64,000 nucleotides of DNA from Nitrospirota bacterium (GCA_963740085.1 CAVUCU010000005.1:128001-192000), one strand, 5' to 3'; counted from the first letter of the stretch, positions 32,563-46,163 are shown. Made by a program: numbers and translations. Notes: a model not told the origin generated them from the letters alone.

Positions 32563-34656
32563 TTACCTCGTCTTTACGGCCTCACCCTTTACCTTCGCAA
32601 TGATCTGTTCTGAAATATTCTTAGGAACCTCTTCGTAGTGAGCGAACTGCATGGTATAGGTGGCCCTGCCCTGGGTCTTGGACCGGATATCGGTGGAATA
32701 ACCGAACATCTCGGACAGCGGGACCTGCGCGGTGATAACCCTTCCGGCACCCCTCATGTTCATGCCCTGTACGCGGCCCCGTCGGGAGCTCAGATCACCG
32801 ATGATATCGCCCATGTACTCCTCGGCACAGACGACCTCAACCGCCATGATCGGCTCGAGTAACGCCGGCGAAGCCTTGTTCGCCCCCTCTTTAAAGGCCA
32901 TGGAACCGGCGATCTTAAAGGCCATTTCCGATGAGTCCACGTCATGATAGGACCCGTCGATGAGGGTGATCTTTATATCAACCATGGGATAGCCGGCGAT
33001 TACACCGTTCTCCATGGCCTCTACGATGCCCTTCTGTATCGGCATGACGTATTCCTTGGGAACCGATCCGCCGACCGTTTTATTCACAAACTCGAATCCC
33101 TTGCCCGGCTCCTGCGGTTCCAATTCGAGCACTGCATGCCCGTACTGACCCCGGCCGCCGGTCTGACGAATATATTTACCTTCAGCCGTTACTTTCTTGC
33201 GAATCGTTTCCCGATACGCTACCTGGGGTTTGCCGACGTTCGCATCGACTTTGAACTCGCGTAAAAGACGGTCAACAATGATTTCCAGATGAAGCTCTCC
33301 CATGCCGGAGATGATGACCTGCCCGGTCTCCTGGTCGGTCATCACGCGGAACGACGGGTCTTCCTGCATGAGCTTCTGGAGCGAGAAACCCAGCTTTTCC
33401 TGGTCCGCCTTGGTCTTGGGCTCAACAGCCACGTGGATAACCGGCTCGGGGAATACCATGGCTTCCAGAATAACGGGTTTATTTTCATCACAGAGCGTAT
33501 GACCCGTGAGCGTGCTCTTGAGTCCTACGGCAGCACAAATATCTCCGGAATAGATCTGCTCGATCTCTTCACGCTTGTTCGCGTGCATTTTCAGCAACCT
33601 GCCGACCCGCTCCCTTGTTCCCTTGGAAGAGTTGTACACATACGACCCGGATGTCAGTGTCCCGGAATAGACCCGGATGAACGTAAGCTGGCCCACAAAG
33701 GGGTCGGTCATGATCTTGAATGCAATGCCGGCAAAAGGCTCGCTGTCAGAAGCAGTGCGAACAACTTCCTCGCCCTTGGGGCCAATACCGGTTACCGGAG
33801 GGATGTCCAGCGGTGACGGGAGGTAGTCCACTACCGCATCGAGCAACAGCTGCACTCCCTTGTTCTTGAACGCCGACCCGCAAATGACCGGAAAGATGCT
33901 CATGGCAATCGTCCCCTTGCGAATCGCGATCATGATCTCTGATTCCGTCGGCTGTTCACCATTCAGGAATTTCTCCATCACGGTGTCGTCAGCGTCTGCG
34001 ATCTTCTCGATCATTTTCTCCCGGTACTCTTTTGCCTTGGACAGAAGATCTGCCGGGATGTCGGCAACAGTATACTTTGCGCCAAGCGTCTCATCGTCGA
34101 ACAGAACGGCCTTCATTTTGACCAGGTCGATACAACCGCGGAACTTGTCCTCTGCGCCGATCGGGATCTGAATCGGAACCGGGTTTGCACCGAGCCGGTC
34201 GATCATGCTCTGGACGCTCATGTAAAAGTCCGCGCCGATACGGTCCATCTTGTTCATGAACGCGAGGCGAGGGACTTTATACTTATCGGCCTGTCGCCAC
34301 ACCGTCTCGGACTGGGGTTCAACACCGCTCACCGAATCGAATGCCGCAACAGCGCCGTCAAGCACACGGAGGGAACGCTCGACTTCAATGGTAAAGTCCA
34401 CATGGCCGGGAGTGTCAATGATGTTGATGCGCTTGTCCCGCCAGAAGCACGTCGTCGCAGCCGAGGTAATGGTGATACCGCGCTCCTGCTCCTGCACCAT
34501 CCAGTCCATGACTGCAGTGCCGTCGTGCACTTCGCCGATCTTATAGGAAACGCCGGTATAATAAAGGATGCGCTCGGTCGTCGTCGTTTTACCGGCGTCG
34601 ATGTGCGCCATAATACCGATGTTCCTTGTATTTTCGAGTGAATACTGCCTAGCCAC
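32563..34656 (-). CDS. fusA: Elongation factor G
   Basis: [29 protein letters not shown]. Confidence 0.99.
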   Translation of the reverse strand: MARQYSLENTRNIGIMAHIDAGKTTTTERILYYTGVSYKIGEVHDGTAVMDWMVQEQERGITITSAATTCFWRDKRINIIDTPGHVDFTIEVERSLRVLDGAVAAFDSVSGVEPQSETVWRQADKYKVPRLAFMNKMDRIGADFYMSVQSMIDRLGANPVPIQIPIGAEDKFRGCIDLVKMKAVLFDDETLGAKYTVADIPADLLSKAKEYREKMIEKIADADDTVMEKFLNGEQPTESEIMIAIRKGTIAMSIFPVICGSAFKNKGVQLLLDAVVDYLPSPLDIPPVTGIGPKGEEVVRTASDSEPFAGIAFKIMTDPFVGQLTFIRVYSGTLTSGSYVYNSSKGTRERVGRLLKMHANKREEIEQIYSGDICAAVGLKSTLTGHTLCDENKPVILEAMVFPEPVIHVAVEPKTKADQEKLGFSLQKLMQEDPSFRVMTDQETGQVIISGMGELHLEIIVDRLLREFKVDANVGKPQVAYRETIRKKVTAEGKYIRQTGGRGQYGHAVLELEPQEPGKGFEFVNKTVGGSVPKEYVMPIQKGIVEAMENGVIAGYPMVDIKITLIDGSYHDVDSSEMAFKIAGSMAFKEGANKASPALLEPIMAVEVVCAEEYMGDIIGDLSSRRGRVQGMNMRGAGRVITAQVPLSEMFGYSTDIRSKTQGRATYTMQFAHYEEVPKNISEQIIAKVKGEAVKTR

Positions 34657-34688
34657 AACATCCTCCGCTTCTCAACAGAAACAAAACC

Positions 34689-35159
34689 TTACCAGCGATA
34701 ATGCGCAAATGCCTTATTTGCATCTGCCATACGGTGGATGTCTTCTTTCTTTTTTACCGCCGCACCGGTATTGTTCGATGCATCCAGAATCTCTCCGGCA
34801 AGCTTGTCCACCATGGATTTCTCGGGCCGCTGTGAAGCGTAGAGCCTGAGCCACCGGTATGCGAGCGACATCCTGCGCGGCTGCTTCACTTCGATCGGCA
34901 CCTGGTACGAGGCGCCGCCAACCCGTCGCGACTTCACCTCAAGCGTCGGTTTTAAATTGTCGATTGCCTTTTTAAATATAGCGATGGGATCGCCGTTTGT
35001 CTTTTGCTGAATCCTATCGAGTGCCTTGTAACAAATGGCCTCCGCAGTGCTCTTCTTGCCCTTGCGCATAAGCACGTTCACGAACTTCGCAAGCATCTGA
35101 CTGTGATATTTTGGATCGGGTAATGATTCTCTTTTTACAACGACACTTTTTCTCGGCAT
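34689..35159 (-). CDS. rpsG: 30S ribosomal protein S7
   Basis: [25 protein letters not shown]. Confidence 0.98.
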   Translation of the reverse strand: MPRKSVVVKRESLPDPKYHSQMLAKFVNVLMRKGKKSTAEAICYKALDRIQQKTNGDPIAIFKKAIDNLKPTLEVKSRRVGGASYQVPIEVKQPRRMSLAYRWLRLYASQRPEKSMVDKLAGEILDASNNTGAAVKKKEDIHRMADANKAFAHYRW

Positions 35160-35225
35160 AGTAGGGTGTTCCTTCTCCTGCGATGTGGCGCTCTTTCTGT
35201 GGCGCTCCAGTTAAGTCGTCAAATG

Positions 35226-35597
35226 CTATTTAGGCCGCTTCGCTCCATACTTAGACCGGCCCTGCTTACGATTTGCAACTCCCACGGTATCCAGCGTACC
35301 TCTCACGATGTGATAGCGCACACCGGGGAGATCCTTCACTCTTCCGCCGCGGATGAGCACGATGGAGTGCTCCTGCAGGTTGTGCCCAACTCCAGGAATG
35401 TAGGTGGTCACTTCCATTCCGTTCGTGAGCCTGACCCTCGCGACCTTCCGGAGAGCTGAGTTCGGTTTCTTCGGTGTCGTGGTATATACCCTGATGCAAA
35501 CTCCCCGCTTCTGAGGGCAGCTTTTAAGCGCGGGGCTCTTGGTCTTTATAGCAGCCAGGGTTCTGCCTTTTCTCACAAGTTGACTAATCGTCGGCAC
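35226..35597 (-). CDS. rpsL: 30S ribosomal protein S12
   Basis: [19 protein letters not shown]; GTG start at 35597. Confidence 0.98.
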   Translation of the reverse strand: MPTISQLVRKGRTLAAIKTKSPALKSCPQKRGVCIRVYTTTPKKPNSALRKVARVRLTNGMEVTTYIPGVGHNLQEHSIVLIRGGRVKDLPGVRYHIVRGTLDTVGVANRKQGRSKYGAKRPK

Positions 35598-35662
35598 GAG
35601 AATTACTCCTTCATAATCACAGGGATAGCTTGTTTTTAAAAACATTGAGTCAAAACCCGATG

Positions 35663-35691
35663 ATTATACTGTCACATGAGCATATTGTCAA
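35663..35691 (-). promoter_or_regulatory. Consensus sigma70 promoter of the str operon
   Basis: TTGACA-17 nt-TATAAT. Confidence 0.85.
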
Positions 35692-35797
35692 GCTATTTTT
35701 TAGCGGGTGCATGTCGCGTTTATCCTCAGGTTCGACAACGATGAACAATGCCGTCTTCCCTGTCAACGCCATTCACTTCCCCGCTAAATATTTTACC

Positions 35798-38700
35798 TCA
35801 GCTTTGCTCTGTCGGCTGGGAAACCTCTTCCTCCACAACAACATAAGTGTTCCGATATTCTGTCATGCCGGTTCCCGCCGGGATCAGTCTTCCCATAATC
35901 ACGTTTTCCTTCAGACCGACAAGATCGTCCACGGCTCCTGTTATCGCCGCTTCCGTCAGCACGCGTGTGGTTTCCTGGAACGATGCAGCAGAAATAAAGC
36001 TGTCGGTGGTGAGTGATGCCTTGGTAATGCCGAGGAGGATCGGGCGCGCTGTAGCAGGCACGCCGCCCTTGGCGATTACGGCCTCGTTTTCCCGGGAAAA
36101 GGTAAATCGATCCACCTGCTCCCCGATAAGGAATGGGGCGTCTCCCGCTTCCTCGATCCTGACCTTGCGCAACATCTGACGAACGATGACCTCAATGTGC
36201 TTGTCGTTGATGCTTACACCCTGGAGACGGTACACCTGCTGCACTTCGTCCACGAGGTACTTCTGGAGTTCTCTCGGACCGAGTACGCTCAGGATATCGT
36301 GGGGATCCACCGGGCCGTCCATCAGAGGCTCGCCGGCCGTGACCCAGTCTCCCTCGTGCACGTTGACGTGTTTACCTTTGGGAATCAGGTATTCCTTCTC
36401 ATTCCCCATCCCGTCCTTGACGAGGATGCGGCGCATACCCTTTACGAAGCCGCCGAACTCAACGGTGCCGTCGATCTCGCTGATAATGGCCTGCTCCTTG
36501 GGCTTCCGCGCCTCGAACAGTTCCGCCACACGCGGGAGACCGCCGGTGATGTCCTTGGTCTTGGTCGTCTCACGGGGAATCTTGACCAGGATATCTCCCG
36601 GGAAAATCTCCGCGTTCTTGTCGACCAGGATATGCGCTCCCGCAGGCAGCAAGTAACGCGCCACAACATTGGAGCCCGGCAATTTTGCCGTCTTGCCATG
36701 CGAGTCCTTTATGGAAATACGCGGTCTCAGGTTCTGGTTCGGGTAGTCAATGATCACTTTGCGCGAAAGGCCGGTAATCTCGTCAACCTCTTCGCGCATG
36801 GTCACGCCTTCGATGATATCGCCGAAGGCGATCTTGCCGCCGATCTCCGTAAGAATGGGCAGTGAGTAGGGGTCCCACTCCACGAGTTTCTGGGCTACTT
36901 CAACTTTATGGCCATCCTGGACCTTGATCCGGGCGCCGTAGATTACCGCGTACTTCTCCTTCTCGCGGCCTGTCTCGTCGTAGATGGCAATGCTGCCGTT
37001 CCGGGACATGGCCACATAATCGCCTTCTTTGTTTTTTACCGTGCTCAAGTTGAGGTATTTCATGGTGCCGGCGTTCTTCGCCTCGAGCACGGTCTGCTCG
37101 ACAACCTTGCTCGCCGTACCGCCGATATGGAACGTCCGCATGGTGAGCTGCGTTCCCGGCTCGCCGATGGACTGGGCGGCAACAATGCCGATGGCCTCGC
37201 CGATGTCCACGAGCTTGCCGCGACTGAGATCCCGTCCGTAGCACAGCTTGCACACACCGCGCAGGGACTGACAGGTGAGCACCGAGCGGATCTTGACACG
37301 GTCGATACCGGACTCGTCGATTCGCTTTACAAGGTCTTCGTTGATCTCTCTTCGGGTGCCGACGATCACCTCTTTCGTGATCGGGTCTTTGATGTCTTCA
37401 GCGGCAACGCGCCCCAGCAGGCGTTCTGACAAGGGTTCGATGATCTCTCCGCCCTCGACGAGGGACCCGACGAGAATGCCGTCGGTCGTACCGCAGTCAT
37501 CCTGGGTGATGATCACGTCCTGCGAAACATCAACGAGTCTGCGCGTGAGGTATCCGGAGTTTGCCGTCTTGAGCGCGGTATCGGCAAGACCTTTGCGTGC
37601 GCCATGCGTCGAGATGAAGTACTGGAGCACGGTCAACCCTTCGCGGAAATTCGCGGTGATCGGTGTTTCAATGATCTCGCCCGACGGCTTGGCCATGAGT
37701 CCGCGCATACCCGCAAGCTGCCTGATCTGCTGCGTGCTGCCGCGCGCTCCGGAGTCTGCCATCATGAAAATGTTGTTGAACGACCGTGCCTCCTGAAGCT
37801 CCGACTTCTTGGCGGTCCCGATCTCGACCGCTTCCATACCGAGTTCCGCCATCATCTCGTCGGCGATCTTCTCGGTCACATTCGCCCAGATATCGATTTC
37901 CTTGTTGTAGCGTTCACCGTTCGTGATCAGTCCTTCGGTATACTGGTGATGGATCTCCATCACTTCTTTTTGCGCCTGGTCGATGAACTTTTGTTTCTTG
38001 CTCGGAATGTGCATATCGGAAATGCAGATGGAGATGCCGGCCCGCGTGGCATATTTGAATCCGATCTCTTTGAGGTCATCGATCAGGACTACCGTGCGGC
38101 GCAGCCCGAGCTTGCGGAAACACTCGTCGATCAACTTCGCAAGTTCTTTTTTGTTCATATCCCGGTTCACGGAAGAAAAGGGCATGCCTTCCGGCAGGAT
38201 ATCGCTGAACAGGACCCTGCCTATCGTTGTCTCTTCGATCTTGCCGTTGATGCGCACCCTGACCCGTGCGTGAATGTCAGCCATGCGCTGGTCATAGGCG
38301 ATCCGGACCTCATCCCTGCCGGAGAACACCTTCCCCTCGCCGAGGGCGCCGGAACGGGACTTGGTCAGGTAGTAGCAGCCAAGCACAATGTCCTGCGACG
38401 GGACCGTGATAGGCCTGCCGTTCGCTGGCGAGAGTACGTTATTGATAGAGAGCATGAGCACCCGCGCCTCCAGCTGTGCCTCGACCGAGAGCGGGATGTG
38501 AACTGCCATCTGATCACCGTCGAAGTCCGCGTTAAAAGCGGCGCACACAAGCGGGTGAAGGCGGATCGCCTTGCCCTCGACGAGCACGGGGTCGAATGCC
38601 TGGATACCGAGCCGATGGAGCGTCGGGGCGCGGTTTAGCATAACGGGGTGCTCCTGGATCACCTCTTCGAGCACATCCCATACCTCGGGCCGCTCGCGTT

Positions 38701-39937
38701 CGATCATTTTCTTGGCGCTCTTGATGGTAGTAGCATAGCCCTTTTCCTCGAGCTTGTTGAAAATAAAAGGCTTAAACAGCTCAAGCGCCATTTTCTTCGG
38801 CAAACCGCACTGGTGCAGCTTGAGGTCCGGTCCGACAACGATCACGGAACGCCCGGAGTAATCCACGCGCTTCCCAAGCAGGTTCTGCCGGAACCGGCCC
38901 TGTTTGCCCTTCAGCATGTCAGAGAGGGATTTGAGCGGACGCTTGTTCGGTCCGCGAAGTATCCGCCCGCGCCTGCCGTTGTCAAAGAGCGCATCAACCG
39001 CTTCCTGCAGCATCCGTTTCTCATTCCGGATAATGACTGATGGGGCCTTAAGTTCCTCAAGCCGGCGCAGCCGGTTGTTCCGGTTAATGACCCTGCGGTA
39101 GAGATCGTTCAGATCCGAGGTGGCAAACCTGCCGCCCTCGAGGGGCACAAGAGGGCGCAATTCCGGCGGTATCACGGGAATTACATCGAGAATCATCCAC
39201 TCCGGTTTGTTGCCCGACTTCCGGAACGCCTCGATCACTTTCAGCCGTTTCGTCAGTTTCTTTTTGGTGGCCATGGAGGTGGCCGTCTCAATCTTCTTGC
39301 GGATATCTTCGGATTCCGCCTCAAGATCGATCGCCTTGAGCATCTCCCGGATCGCTTCGGCGCCCATGCCCGCTTTAAAAGCATTAGAACCAAACTCCAG
39401 TTGTGCCTTTCGGAATTTTTCCTCCGTCAAGAGCTCTTTGTGCTTGAGCGGCGTTTCACCGCCGTCGATGACCACGTATCCTTCGAAATAGAGAACCTTC
39501 TCAAGTGCACGGAGCGTCATGTCGAGAAGCGTGCCGATGCGGCTCGGAAGGCCCTTGAGGAACCAGATATGTGCAACCGGCGACGAGAGTTCGATGTGAC
39601 CCATGCGCTCGCGCCGCACCTTGGACTGGATCACCTCGACGCCGCACTTGTCGCAGACGATTCCGCGATGCTTCATGCGTTTATATTTGCCGCAGAGACA
39701 CTCCCAGTCCTTGATGGGGCCGAATATCTTGGCGCAGAACAGGCCGTCCCGCTCCGGCTTGAAAGAACGGTAGTTGATCGTCTCGGGCTTTTTTACCTCG
39801 CCGTAGGACCATTCCTTGATCCGCTCAGGCGAGGCGATCTTGATCCGCATGGCATCAAAACTGATGTCTTTCGGCTTCTCGAACAGGTTCATGACATCGG
39901 TTCTGTTTTTATTGTCGTACAGGTGTTTGTCTTCCAC
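35798..39937 (-). CDS. rpoC: RNA polymerase beta' subunit
   Basis: Zn finger [29 protein letters not shown]; GGAGG before the GTG. Confidence 0.99.
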   Translation of the reverse strand: MEDKHLYDNKNRTDVMNLFEKPKDISFDAMRIKIASPERIKEWSYGEVKKPETINYRSFKPERDGLFCAKIFGPIKDWECLCGKYKRMKHRGIVCDKCGVEVIQSKVRRERMGHIELSSPVAHIWFLKGLPSRIGTLLDMTLRALEKVLYFEGYVVIDGGETPLKHKELLTEEKFRKAQLEFGSNAFKAGMGAEAIREMLKAIDLEAESEDIRKKIETATSMATKKKLTKRLKVIEAFRKSGNKPEWMILDVIPVIPPELRPLVPLEGGRFATSDLNDLYRRVINRNNRLRRLEELKAPSVIIRNEKRMLQEAVDALFDNGRRGRILRGPNKRPLKSLSDMLKGKQGRFRQNLLGKRVDYSGRSVIVVGPDLKLHQCGLPKKMALELFKPFIFNKLEEKGYATTIKSAKKMIERERPEVWDVLEEVIQEHPVMLNRAPTLHRLGIQAFDPVLVEGKAIRLHPLVCAAFNADFDGDQMAVHIPLSVEAQLEARVLMLSINNVLSPANGRPITVPSQDIVLGCYYLTKSRSGALGEGKVFSGRDEVRIAYDQRMADIHARVRVRINGKIEETTIGRVLFSDILPEGMPFSSVNRDMNKKELAKLIDECFRKLGLRRTVVLIDDLKEIGFKYATRAGISICISDMHIPSKKQKFIDQAQKEVMEIHHQYTEGLITNGERYNKEIDIWANVTEKIADEMMAELGMEAVEIGTAKKSELQEARSFNNIFMMADSGARGSTQQIRQLAGMRGLMAKPSGEIIETPITANFREGLTVLQYFISTHGARKGLADTALKTANSGYLTRRLVDVSQDVIITQDDCGTTDGILVGSLVEGGEIIEPLSERLLGRVAAEDIKDPITKEVIVGTRREINEDLVKRIDESGIDRVKIRSVLTCQSLRGVCKLCYGRDLSRGKLVDIGEAIGIVAAQSIGEPGTQLTMRTFHIGGTASKVVEQTVLEAKNAGTMKYLNLSTVKNKEGDYVAMSRNGSIAIYDETGREKEKYAVIYGARIKVQDGHKVEVAQKLVEWDPYSLPILTEIGGKIAFGDIIEGVTMREEVDEITGLSRKVIIDYPNQNLRPRISIKDSHGKTAKLPGSNVVARYLLPAGAHILVDKNAEIFPGDILVKIPRETTKTKDITGGLPRVAELFEARKPKEQAIISEIDGTVEFGGFVKGMRRILVKDGMGNEKEYLIPKGKHVNVHEGDWVTAGEPLMDGPVDPHDILSVLGPRELQKYLVDEVQQVYRLQGVSINDKHIEVIVRQMLRKVRIEEAGDAPFLIGEQVDRFTFSRENEAVIAKGGVPATARPILLGITKASLTTDSFISAASFQETTRVLTEAAITGAVDDLVGLKENVIMGRLIPAGTGMTEYRNTYVVVEEEVSQPTEQS

Positions 39938-39963
39938 AGTGAACCTCCGTGTGCAAAAGCAAT

Positions 39964-39999
39964 TCCAATTCGTCTGATCCGTCTGATCCGACCGATCCT
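39964..39999. repeat. 9-nt tandem repeat between rpoB and rpoC
   Basis: TCCAATTCG TCTGATCCG TCTGATCCG ACCGATCCT. Confidence 0.7.
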
Positions 40000-40010
40000 T
40001 TGTTTCCTCT

Positions 40011-43000
40011 TTATCTCGCTGATGAAATCTTCTCGAGCCCGATCACCCGTTCCCGTTCGTTCTTGCGTTCGATGAGCTCGACATCCAGGCAAAGGCTCTG
40101 GAGTTCCTTGATAAGCACGTAGAACGATTCCGGCAGGCCGGGCTCGAGTGTGTTCTCACCCTTCACGATCGCCTCGTAGATCTTGGCCCGTCCGGACACA
40201 TCGTCTGACTTGACCGTAAGGAACTCCTGGAGACAGTAGGCCGCGCCGTAGGCCTGGAGCGCCCAGACTTCCATTTCACCGAGGCGCTGGCCGCCGAACT
40301 GGGCCTTGCCGCCAAGGGGTTGCTGCGTCACGAGCGAATAGGGCCCGATGGAACGTGCATGCAGTTTGTCGTCAACAAGGTGGTGCAGCTTCAGCATGTA
40401 CATGTAACCGACGGTAACCGGTCTGTCGAAAGGCTCTCCTGTTCGGCCGTCGTACAGAATGGACTGGCCCGTCACCGGGAGCTTGGCCTCTTTCAGGAGT
40501 GAGCGTACCCGGTCCTCTGACGCGCCGTCGAACACCGGGGTCGCCACATGCAGACCGAGCGCCTTCGCGGCCCAGCCGAGATGCGTCTCCAGGATCTGTC
40601 CCACGTTCATACGGGAAGGCACTCCGAGCGGGTTCAATACGATCTCGACAGGGGTGCCGTCGGGAAGGCAGGGCATATCTTCTTCGGGCACGATCCGCGA
40701 GACCACGCCCTTGTTCCCGTGCCGGCCGGCCATTTTATCGCCGACGGAAAGCTTGCGCTTCATGGCAACGTACACCTTCACCAGTTTCACCACTCCGGGC
40801 GGCAGATCGTCGCCGCGCTTCAGCCTGCCGATTTTTTCATCATAGATCGTTTCAAGAATATTCACCTGGTTTTCAGAGTTGTCCAGGATCTCCTGCAGCT
40901 TTGCCGGATAGTCTTCCGACTCAACCTTGATCTTGGCAAAATCCTTCTCCGGCAGCTTGTCGAGGATCTCCACAGTGATCTTTTTCCCCTTGGCCAGTTC
41001 GGTCTTGCCGGTCTTGGAATTCACCACTTTATCGGCAGCCGTCTTGCCGGCCAGTATCCGGCGAATGCGTTTATACCTGTCCTCTTTGACCGCGCGCAGT
41101 TCATCCTGATATTCCTTCTGGAGCCGTGCGATCTCTTCGCTTTCCTGGGTCTTGAGGCGTTCGTTCTTGTCCTCGCCCTTGCGTGAAAAGACCTTGACGT
41201 CGATCACCGTTCCTTCGATTCCGGGAGACGCGTACAGGGAGGCGTCCCGCACGTCGCCGGCCTTTTCGCCGAAGATCGCGCGGAGAAGTTTCTCTTCGGG
41301 CGTGAGCTGAGTCTCGCCCTTGGGGGTCACCTTGCCGATCAGGATGTCGCCCGGCATGACCTCGGCGCCAATGCGGATGATGCCGTTCTCGTCAAGATTC
41401 CTGAGCGTCTCCTCGCCGAGGTTCGGGATATCACGCGTGATCTCTTCCTTACCGAGCTTGGTGTCCCGGGCCTCGATCTCGAACTCTTCGATATGGATGG
41501 AAGTATAACGGTCTTCCTTTACGATTTTCTCGCTGATGATGATGGCGTCCTCGTAGTTGTATCCGCTCCACGGCATGAACGCCACGAGCACGTTCTGGCC
41601 GAGCGCAAGCTCACCAAGATCGGTGGCTGGACCGTCGGCGATCACCTGTCCCTTCTTCGCCTTATCTCCCACGCGTACGATGGGCTTCTGGTTCATGCAG
41701 GTATTCTGGTTGGAGCGATAGAACTTGGTCAACGGGTAGGTGTCGATGACCGTCCGTCCTTTTGCGTCCTCACCCTTGATCGTGATGCGGGTGGAATCCA
41801 CGGCCTCCACGATGCCGTCTCGTTTAGCTGAAACGATCGCACCGGAATCCCTGGCCGCGACCCGTTCCATGCCCGTACCGACTACCGGCGCCTGCGGCCG
41901 GAGAAGCGGCACTGCCTGGCGCTGCATGTTCGATCCCATGAGTGCGCGGTTCGCGTCGTCGTTCTCGAGGAAGGGAATGAGCGCGGCCGAGACCGAAACG
42001 ATCTGTTTTGGCGACACGTCCATATACTCCACTTCCTCTGCGCTCACCAGCTTAAACTCGCCGCCCACGCGGGCGGACACGCTTTCCACGGTGAACTTGC
42101 CTCGGCTGTCAAACGGAGTGTTGGCCTGGGCGATCACGTAGTTCTCTCCGTCCACGGCTGAAAGATACTCGATCTCATCCATCACCTTTCCGGCCTTGAC
42201 CTCCCGATACGGCGCTTCAATGAAACCATAATCATTGACCCGCGCATAGGTGGCCAGGGAAACGATGAGACCGATGTTCGGACCTTCCGGCGTCTCGATC
42301 GGGCAGATCCTGCCATAGTGTGTCGTGTGTACGTCGCGCACTTCGAATCCGGCGCGCTCACGCGTGAGTCCGCCGGGCCCGAGGGCGGAGAGCCTGCGCT
42401 TATGCGTGATCTCCGCCAGCGGGTTGGTCTGGTCCATGAACTGCGAAAGCTGGCTGGAGCCGAAAAATTCCTTGATGGCCGCGATCACCGGTTTGGGGTT
42501 GATGATGTCGTGCGGCATGAGCGTATCGATGTCCTGAAGGCTCATGCGCTCCTTGATGGCGCGCTCCATGCGGGCGAGACCGACCCGGATCTGGTTCTCG
42601 AGGAGTTCGCCCACGGACCGTACCCGGCGGTTGCCAAGATGGTCGATATCGTCCACCTCTCCTTTGCCGGTACGGAGATTCACGAGATAGCGGATCACTT
42701 CAACAACGTCCTGCGCCGTCAGGGTGGTCTTGTCGATCGGAATATCGAGTTTGAGCTTCTTGTTGAGCTTGAGCCTCCCTACATTCGAGAGGTCGTAGCG
42801 CTTGGAATTAAAGAACATGCCGGAGAAGAGGTTCCGTGCCATGTCTATCGTCGGCGGTTCTCCCGGCCGCATTTTCCGGTAGATCTCCAGAAGCGCTTCG
42901 TCCGACGACTGCACCTTGTCGGCGAGAAGCGTGTCCCGCATTGCCCCGATCACATGGATGCCGTCCATGTAGAGCACTTCCATCTTTTCCACCTTCGTGG

Positions 43001-44003
43001 CGGTAATCCGGGCCAGGAACGCCTCGGTGATCTTGTCATTCGCGTTGAGGAGCACCTCTCCCGTCTCCGGATCGATAACATCGCGGAGCACGATACGGTC
43101 GATGAGCTCTTCACGCGGGATCGGGATCTCGGTGATACCCGCGGCTTCCATCTTCTTGATTGCAACACGGGTGATCTTGGCGCCTTCCTTCACGATCTGT
43201 TCGCGGGTGTTCTTATCGTTAATCGTGATGGGGGCCTTCATACCGACCAGCGCGTCCGCGAGGATCCCGCGCGTGAAGCTTTCTTTCTTGATCCTGATAT
43301 CCTCGATAGGATAGTACATCCGGAGCAGGTCTTCGTTGGAATAACCGAATGCCTTGAGCAGGATGGTGGCGGGAATTTTCCTGCGCCGGTCGATCCTCAC
43401 GTGCACGATGTCTTTGATGTCAAATTCGAAATCGAGCCACGAACCGCGGTACGGAATGATCCGGGCAGAGTACAGGATCTTGCCGCTCGCATGGGTCCTT
43501 CCCTTGTCGTGGGTGAAGAATGCGCCCGGTGAACGGTGAAGCTGGCTCACCACGACGCGCTCGGTCCCGTTCACAATGAACGTACCGGTGTCCGTCATGA
43601 GCGGGAGATCCCCGACATATACTTCCTGCTCCTTGATGTCCTTCACCCGCTTGGTCGCAGTCTGCTCGTCCTTCTCGAAGAATACGAGTCGCGTTTTGAT
43701 TTTGAGCGGCGCGGCGTACGTCGAGCCGCGCTGCAGGCACTCCCAGAGGCTGTACTTCGGTTCACCCAGCGAGTAGCCAAGATAGTCCACCATCGCGGTC
43801 TCGTTGAAATCATAGATGGGATAAACGCTCTTGAACGCGGCCTGGAGTCCGATGTCCTTTCGCTTCTCCGAAGCTGTCTCTTTCTGAAGAAAGGACTCAT
43901 AGGACCGCTTTTGGATCTCAATCAGATCGGGGATCTCCAGGATCGTGGGGATCTTGGAAAAATCCTTACGCACGCGGACAAGCTCTCTTTTTTCCTTTGA
44001 CAT
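40011..44003 (-). CDS. rpoB: RNA polymerase beta subunit
   Basis: [31 protein letters not shown]; ATG 44003 with GAGGGG SD. Confidence 0.99.
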   Translation of the reverse strand: MSKEKRELVRVRKDFSKIPTILEIPDLIEIQKRSYESFLQKETASEKRKDIGLQAAFKSVYPIYDFNETAMVDYLGYSLGEPKYSLWECLQRGSTYAAPLKIKTRLVFFEKDEQTATKRVKDIKEQEVYVGDLPLMTDTGTFIVNGTERVVVSQLHRSPGAFFTHDKGRTHASGKILYSARIIPYRGSWLDFEFDIKDIVHVRIDRRRKIPATILLKAFGYSNEDLLRMYYPIEDIRIKKESFTRGILADALVGMKAPITINDKNTREQIVKEGAKITRVAIKKMEAAGITEIPIPREELIDRIVLRDVIDPETGEVLLNANDKITEAFLARITATKVEKMEVLYMDGIHVIGAMRDTLLADKVQSSDEALLEIYRKMRPGEPPTIDMARNLFSGMFFNSKRYDLSNVGRLKLNKKLKLDIPIDKTTLTAQDVVEVIRYLVNLRTGKGEVDDIDHLGNRRVRSVGELLENQIRVGLARMERAIKERMSLQDIDTLMPHDIINPKPVIAAIKEFFGSSQLSQFMDQTNPLAEITHKRRLSALGPGGLTRERAGFEVRDVHTTHYGRICPIETPEGPNIGLIVSLATYARVNDYGFIEAPYREVKAGKVMDEIEYLSAVDGENYVIAQANTPFDSRGKFTVESVSARVGGEFKLVSAEEVEYMDVSPKQIVSVSAALIPFLENDDANRALMGSNMQRQAVPLLRPQAPVVGTGMERVAARDSGAIVSAKRDGIVEAVDSTRITIKGEDAKGRTVIDTYPLTKFYRSNQNTCMNQKPIVRVGDKAKKGQVIADGPATDLGELALGQNVLVAFMPWSGYNYEDAIIISEKIVKEDRYTSIHIEEFEIEARDTKLGKEEITRDIPNLGEETLRNLDENGIIRIGAEVMPGDILIGKVTPKGETQLTPEEKLLRAIFGEKAGDVRDASLYASPGIEGTVIDVKVFSRKGEDKNERLKTQESEEIARLQKEYQDELRAVKEDRYKRIRRILAGKTAADKVVNSKTGKTELAKGKKITVEILDKLPEKDFAKIKVESEDYPAKLQEILDNSENQVNILETIYDEKIGRLKRGDDLPPGVVKLVKVYVAMKRKLSVGDKMAGRHGNKGVVSRIVPEEDMPCLPDGTPVEIVLNPLGVPSRMNVGQILETHLGWAAKALGLHVATPVFDGASEDRVRSLLKEAKLPVTGQSILYDGRTGEPFDRPVTVGYMYMLKLHHLVDDKLHARSIGPYSLVTQQPLGGKAQFGGQRLGEMEVWALQAYGAAYCLQEFLTVKSDDVSGRAKIYEAIVKGENTLEPGLPESFYVLIKELQSLCLDVELIERKNERERVIGLEKISSAR

Positions 44004-44022
44004 TATCACACCCCTCATGCAG

Positions 44023-44113
44023 CATTTAAAATGCAAAATGGAAAATGTACCCGGTGAAAAATGCAGAGGCTGATCCCGCTCCTGCCATTTTCCTCTTTGC
44101 ACTTGTCTTTAAT
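44023..44113. repeat. Degenerate heptamer-periodic inverted repeat upstream of rpoB
   Basis: ATTTAAA ATGCAAA ATGGAAA ATG ... TGCCATT TTCCTCT TTGCACT TGTCTTT. Confidence 0.55.
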
Positions 44114-44162
44114 GTATCATGAATGAATCTTATCCGGCTCCGCAAGCCCTATCCATAAACGC

Positions 44163-44207
44163 AAAAAGTCCTTTGCCCTCCGGACCAATGCCGGAGGGCA
44201 AGGACTT
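44163..44207 (-). terminator. Terminator/attenuator between rplL and rpoB
   Basis: AAGTCCTTGCCCTCCGG-loop-CCGGAGGGCAAAGGAC-T5. Confidence 0.8.
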
Positions 44208-44230
44208 GTCAAATGAAGCTTGTTTGTGTC

Positions 44231-44602
44231 TTACTTTACCTCGACGGTCGCGCCTGCTTCGGTCAGTTTCTTCTTCATGGTTTCCGCCTCTTCCTTGGCG
44301 ACACCGGTCTTCACCGGCTTTGGGGCGCCTTCAACCAGGTCCTTTGCTTCCTTGAGGCCGAGACCGGTGAGCTCACGCACTACCTTGATCACGTTGATCT
44401 TCTGAGCGCCTACGGCGGCCAGGATCACGTCGAATGCTGTCTTTTCTTCGACCGCTGCCGCGGCAGGCGCGCCTGCTGCCGCCATTGCCACGGGTGCTGC
44501 TGCTGATACACCCCACTTCTCTTCGAGCATCTTGCTTAATTCCGCCGCTTCAAGAACGGTCAGGCCGCTCAATTCATCAACCATCTTCGCTAAATCCGCC
44601 AT
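44231..44602 (-). CDS. rplL: 50S ribosomal protein L7/L12
   Basis: [27 protein letters not shown]. Confidence 0.98.
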   Translation of the reverse strand: MADLAKMVDELSGLTVLEAAELSKMLEEKWGVSAAAPVAMAAAGAPAAAAVEEKTAFDVILAAVGAQKINVIKVVRELTGLGLKEAKDLVEGAPKPVKTGVAKEEAETMKKKLTEAGATVEVK

Positions 44603-44637
44603 GTTTCTTTCCTCCTGATAGATTATGATATTCTGTG

Positions 44638-44672
44638 GAATCTGACAGATCTGTCCGATCCGTCCGACTTAT
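44638..44672. repeat. 9-nt tandem repeat between rplJ and rplL
   Basis: GAATCTG ACAGATCTG TCCGATCCG TCCGACTTA; same unit as at 39964. Confidence 0.65.
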
Positions 44673-44679
44673 TAACCTC

Positions 44680-45192
44680 TTAACCCTTGTCCGCCTTTGC
44701 CTTCATGACCCTGGCGAGCTGACCAGCCGGGGCCGCGAGCACACCGACCATCCTCGAAGCAGGCGCCTGGAGAAGACCCACGATCTTCCCGCGGAGCGCG
44801 TCGAGCGATGGCAGGGTTGCCAGCGCCTTGATGTCCGCCTGCTTGAGCAGCTTACCGTCCAGCACGCCCACCTTGAGCGCAAGCTTTGCCTGAACCTTGT
44901 TGAACTCGAAAAGCACCTTGGCCGGCGCAACCACATCATCAAATCCGAGTGCAATGCCCACCGGACCGACAAAGGAGTCTTTGAGCAGTTCGAGGCTGGT
45001 GCCTTCCACCGCTTTCCTTGCCAGCGTGTTTTTTACGACCCGGTACTCAACCTTGGACTTGCGCAGCTTCGCACGAAGGTCCGTGATCTGCTCCACATTT
45101 ATCCCGGTGTACCCTGTGATGATAGCGGTCTTGGCGCGGGCGAACTTTTCATGCAACTCGTCTATTGCCTGCTTTTTTTCCTGCTTATTCAC
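44680..45192 (-). CDS. rplJ: 50S ribosomal protein L10
   Basis: LRAKLR..VVKNTLA..GP..LATLPS; GTG start with AGGAGG. Confidence 0.96.
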   Translation of the reverse strand: MNKQEKKQAIDELHEKFARAKTAIITGYTGINVEQITDLRAKLRKSKVEYRVVKNTLARKAVEGTSLELLKDSFVGPVGIALGFDDVVAPAKVLFEFNKVQAKLALKVGVLDGKLLKQADIKALATLPSLDALRGKIVGLLQAPASRMVGVLAAPAGQLARVMKAKADKG

Positions 45193-45277
45193 ACGATCCT
45201 CCTTTCTTTCAAGAATTCCCGACGACTATCCCAGGAATCTCAAAAGAAAGTGTTGGAATCCAGCACATTCTTTTTTT

Positions 45278-45365
45278 ACCCGGGTCTCGGCAGGCCCCTT
45301 ACGGACTTAAGCCAAAAGAGATATGGATCGAATCCCCTTCGGTACCTGCTGTCTCGGACCGCACC
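45278..45365 (-). ncRNA. L10 leader (rplJL autoregulatory RNA)
   Basis: CCGAGACAGCAGG...TTAA...CCTGCCGAGACC upstream of rplJ matches the L10(L12)4-binding leader core. Confidence 0.75.
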
Positions 45366-45392
45366 CTGTTTTTCAGGGCCGACCTTTTATTT

Positions 45393-45456
45393 TTGAAAAT
45401 TCTAAATCAGAAATCCTGCACGTTTAGTGCTTCGTGCTGAGAATTTCGGATTTGTC
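45393..45456. repeat. Heptamer-periodic inverted repeat after rplA
   Basis: ATTCTAA ATCAGAA ATCC ... TTAGTGC TTCGTGC TGAGAAT TTCGGAT TTG. Confidence 0.65.
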
Positions 45457-45461
45457 ATTCA

Positions 45462-46163
45462 TTACCCTGCTATCTTCTCGACCGCAGCCGTATCCATTTT
45501 AATGCCAGGGCCCATCGTGGTGGAGATCGTTACGTTCTTAAGATACTTGCCTTTGCTCGATGAAGGTTTTGCCTTCAGTACGGACTCAAGCACTGCCTTC
45601 GCGTTTTCCACCAGTTTGCTCTCGTCAAACGATACCTTGCCCACCGGCACATGTACAATGCCTGCTTTCTCCACGCGATACTCAACTTTACCGGCCCTGA
45701 TCTCTTTAATGGCCCTTGCCACGTCGAAGGTGACCGTACCGGTCTTGGGATTCGGCATCAAACCGCGGGGGCCGAGAACCTTCCCGAGTCTGCCGACGAG
45801 ACCCATGATGTCCGGCGTTGCTACTACCGTATCGAAATCGGTCCAGCCTTCCTTCTGTATCTTTTCGGCGAGATCCTCGGAACCCACATAATCGGCGCCG
45901 GCGTCCCTTGCCTCTTTTTCCTTCTCGCCCTTTGCAAAGACGAGGATTTTGACCACTTTCCCGGTGCCGTGCGGGAGAACAACCGTTCCCCGGACCATCT
46001 GGTCGGCCTGCTTGGGATCAACACCGAGGTTCACGGCCAGATCAACGGTCTCGTCGAACTTGGTCCTTGCCGTTTTCTTGGCTAGCCCTACCGCCTCTTC
46101 GATACCATACGACTTCGTCTTGTCCACCAGTGCCGCAACTGCCTTGAATTTCTTCCCTGCCAT
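45462..46163 (-). CDS. rplA: 50S ribosomal protein L1
   Basis: [30 protein letters not shown]. Confidence 0.98.
   Translation of the reverse strand: MAGKKFKAVAALVDKTKSYGIEEAVGLAKKTARTKFDETVDLAVNLGVDPKQADQMVRGTVVLPHGTGKVVKILVFAKGEKEKEARDAGADYVGSEDLAEKIQKEGWTDFDTVVATPDIMGLVGRLGKVLGPRGLMPNPKTGTVTFDVARAIKEIRAGKVEYRVEKAGIVHVPVGKVSFDESKLVENAKAVLESVLKAKPSSSKGKYLKNVTISTTMGPGIKMDTAAVEKIAG

Noticed and set aside
37604-43532. Long plus-strand ORFs (344 and 404 aa) opposite rpoC and rpoB
   Set aside because: Antisense frames kept open by GC-biased codon usage; no motifs or SD.
35798-44003. Possible inteins or novel insertions in RpoB and RpoC
   Set aside because: Lengths and inserts fit known lineage-specific insertions; no intein splice-junction motifs seen.
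44004-44102. N-terminal extension of RpoB in the ORF track (likewise fmt, rplQ, rpsK, rpsL, cysS, hemE, hemY, ctpA)
   Set aside because: Upstream in-frame codons run through intergenic or repeat DNA; downstream starts have an SD and/or match the family N-terminus.
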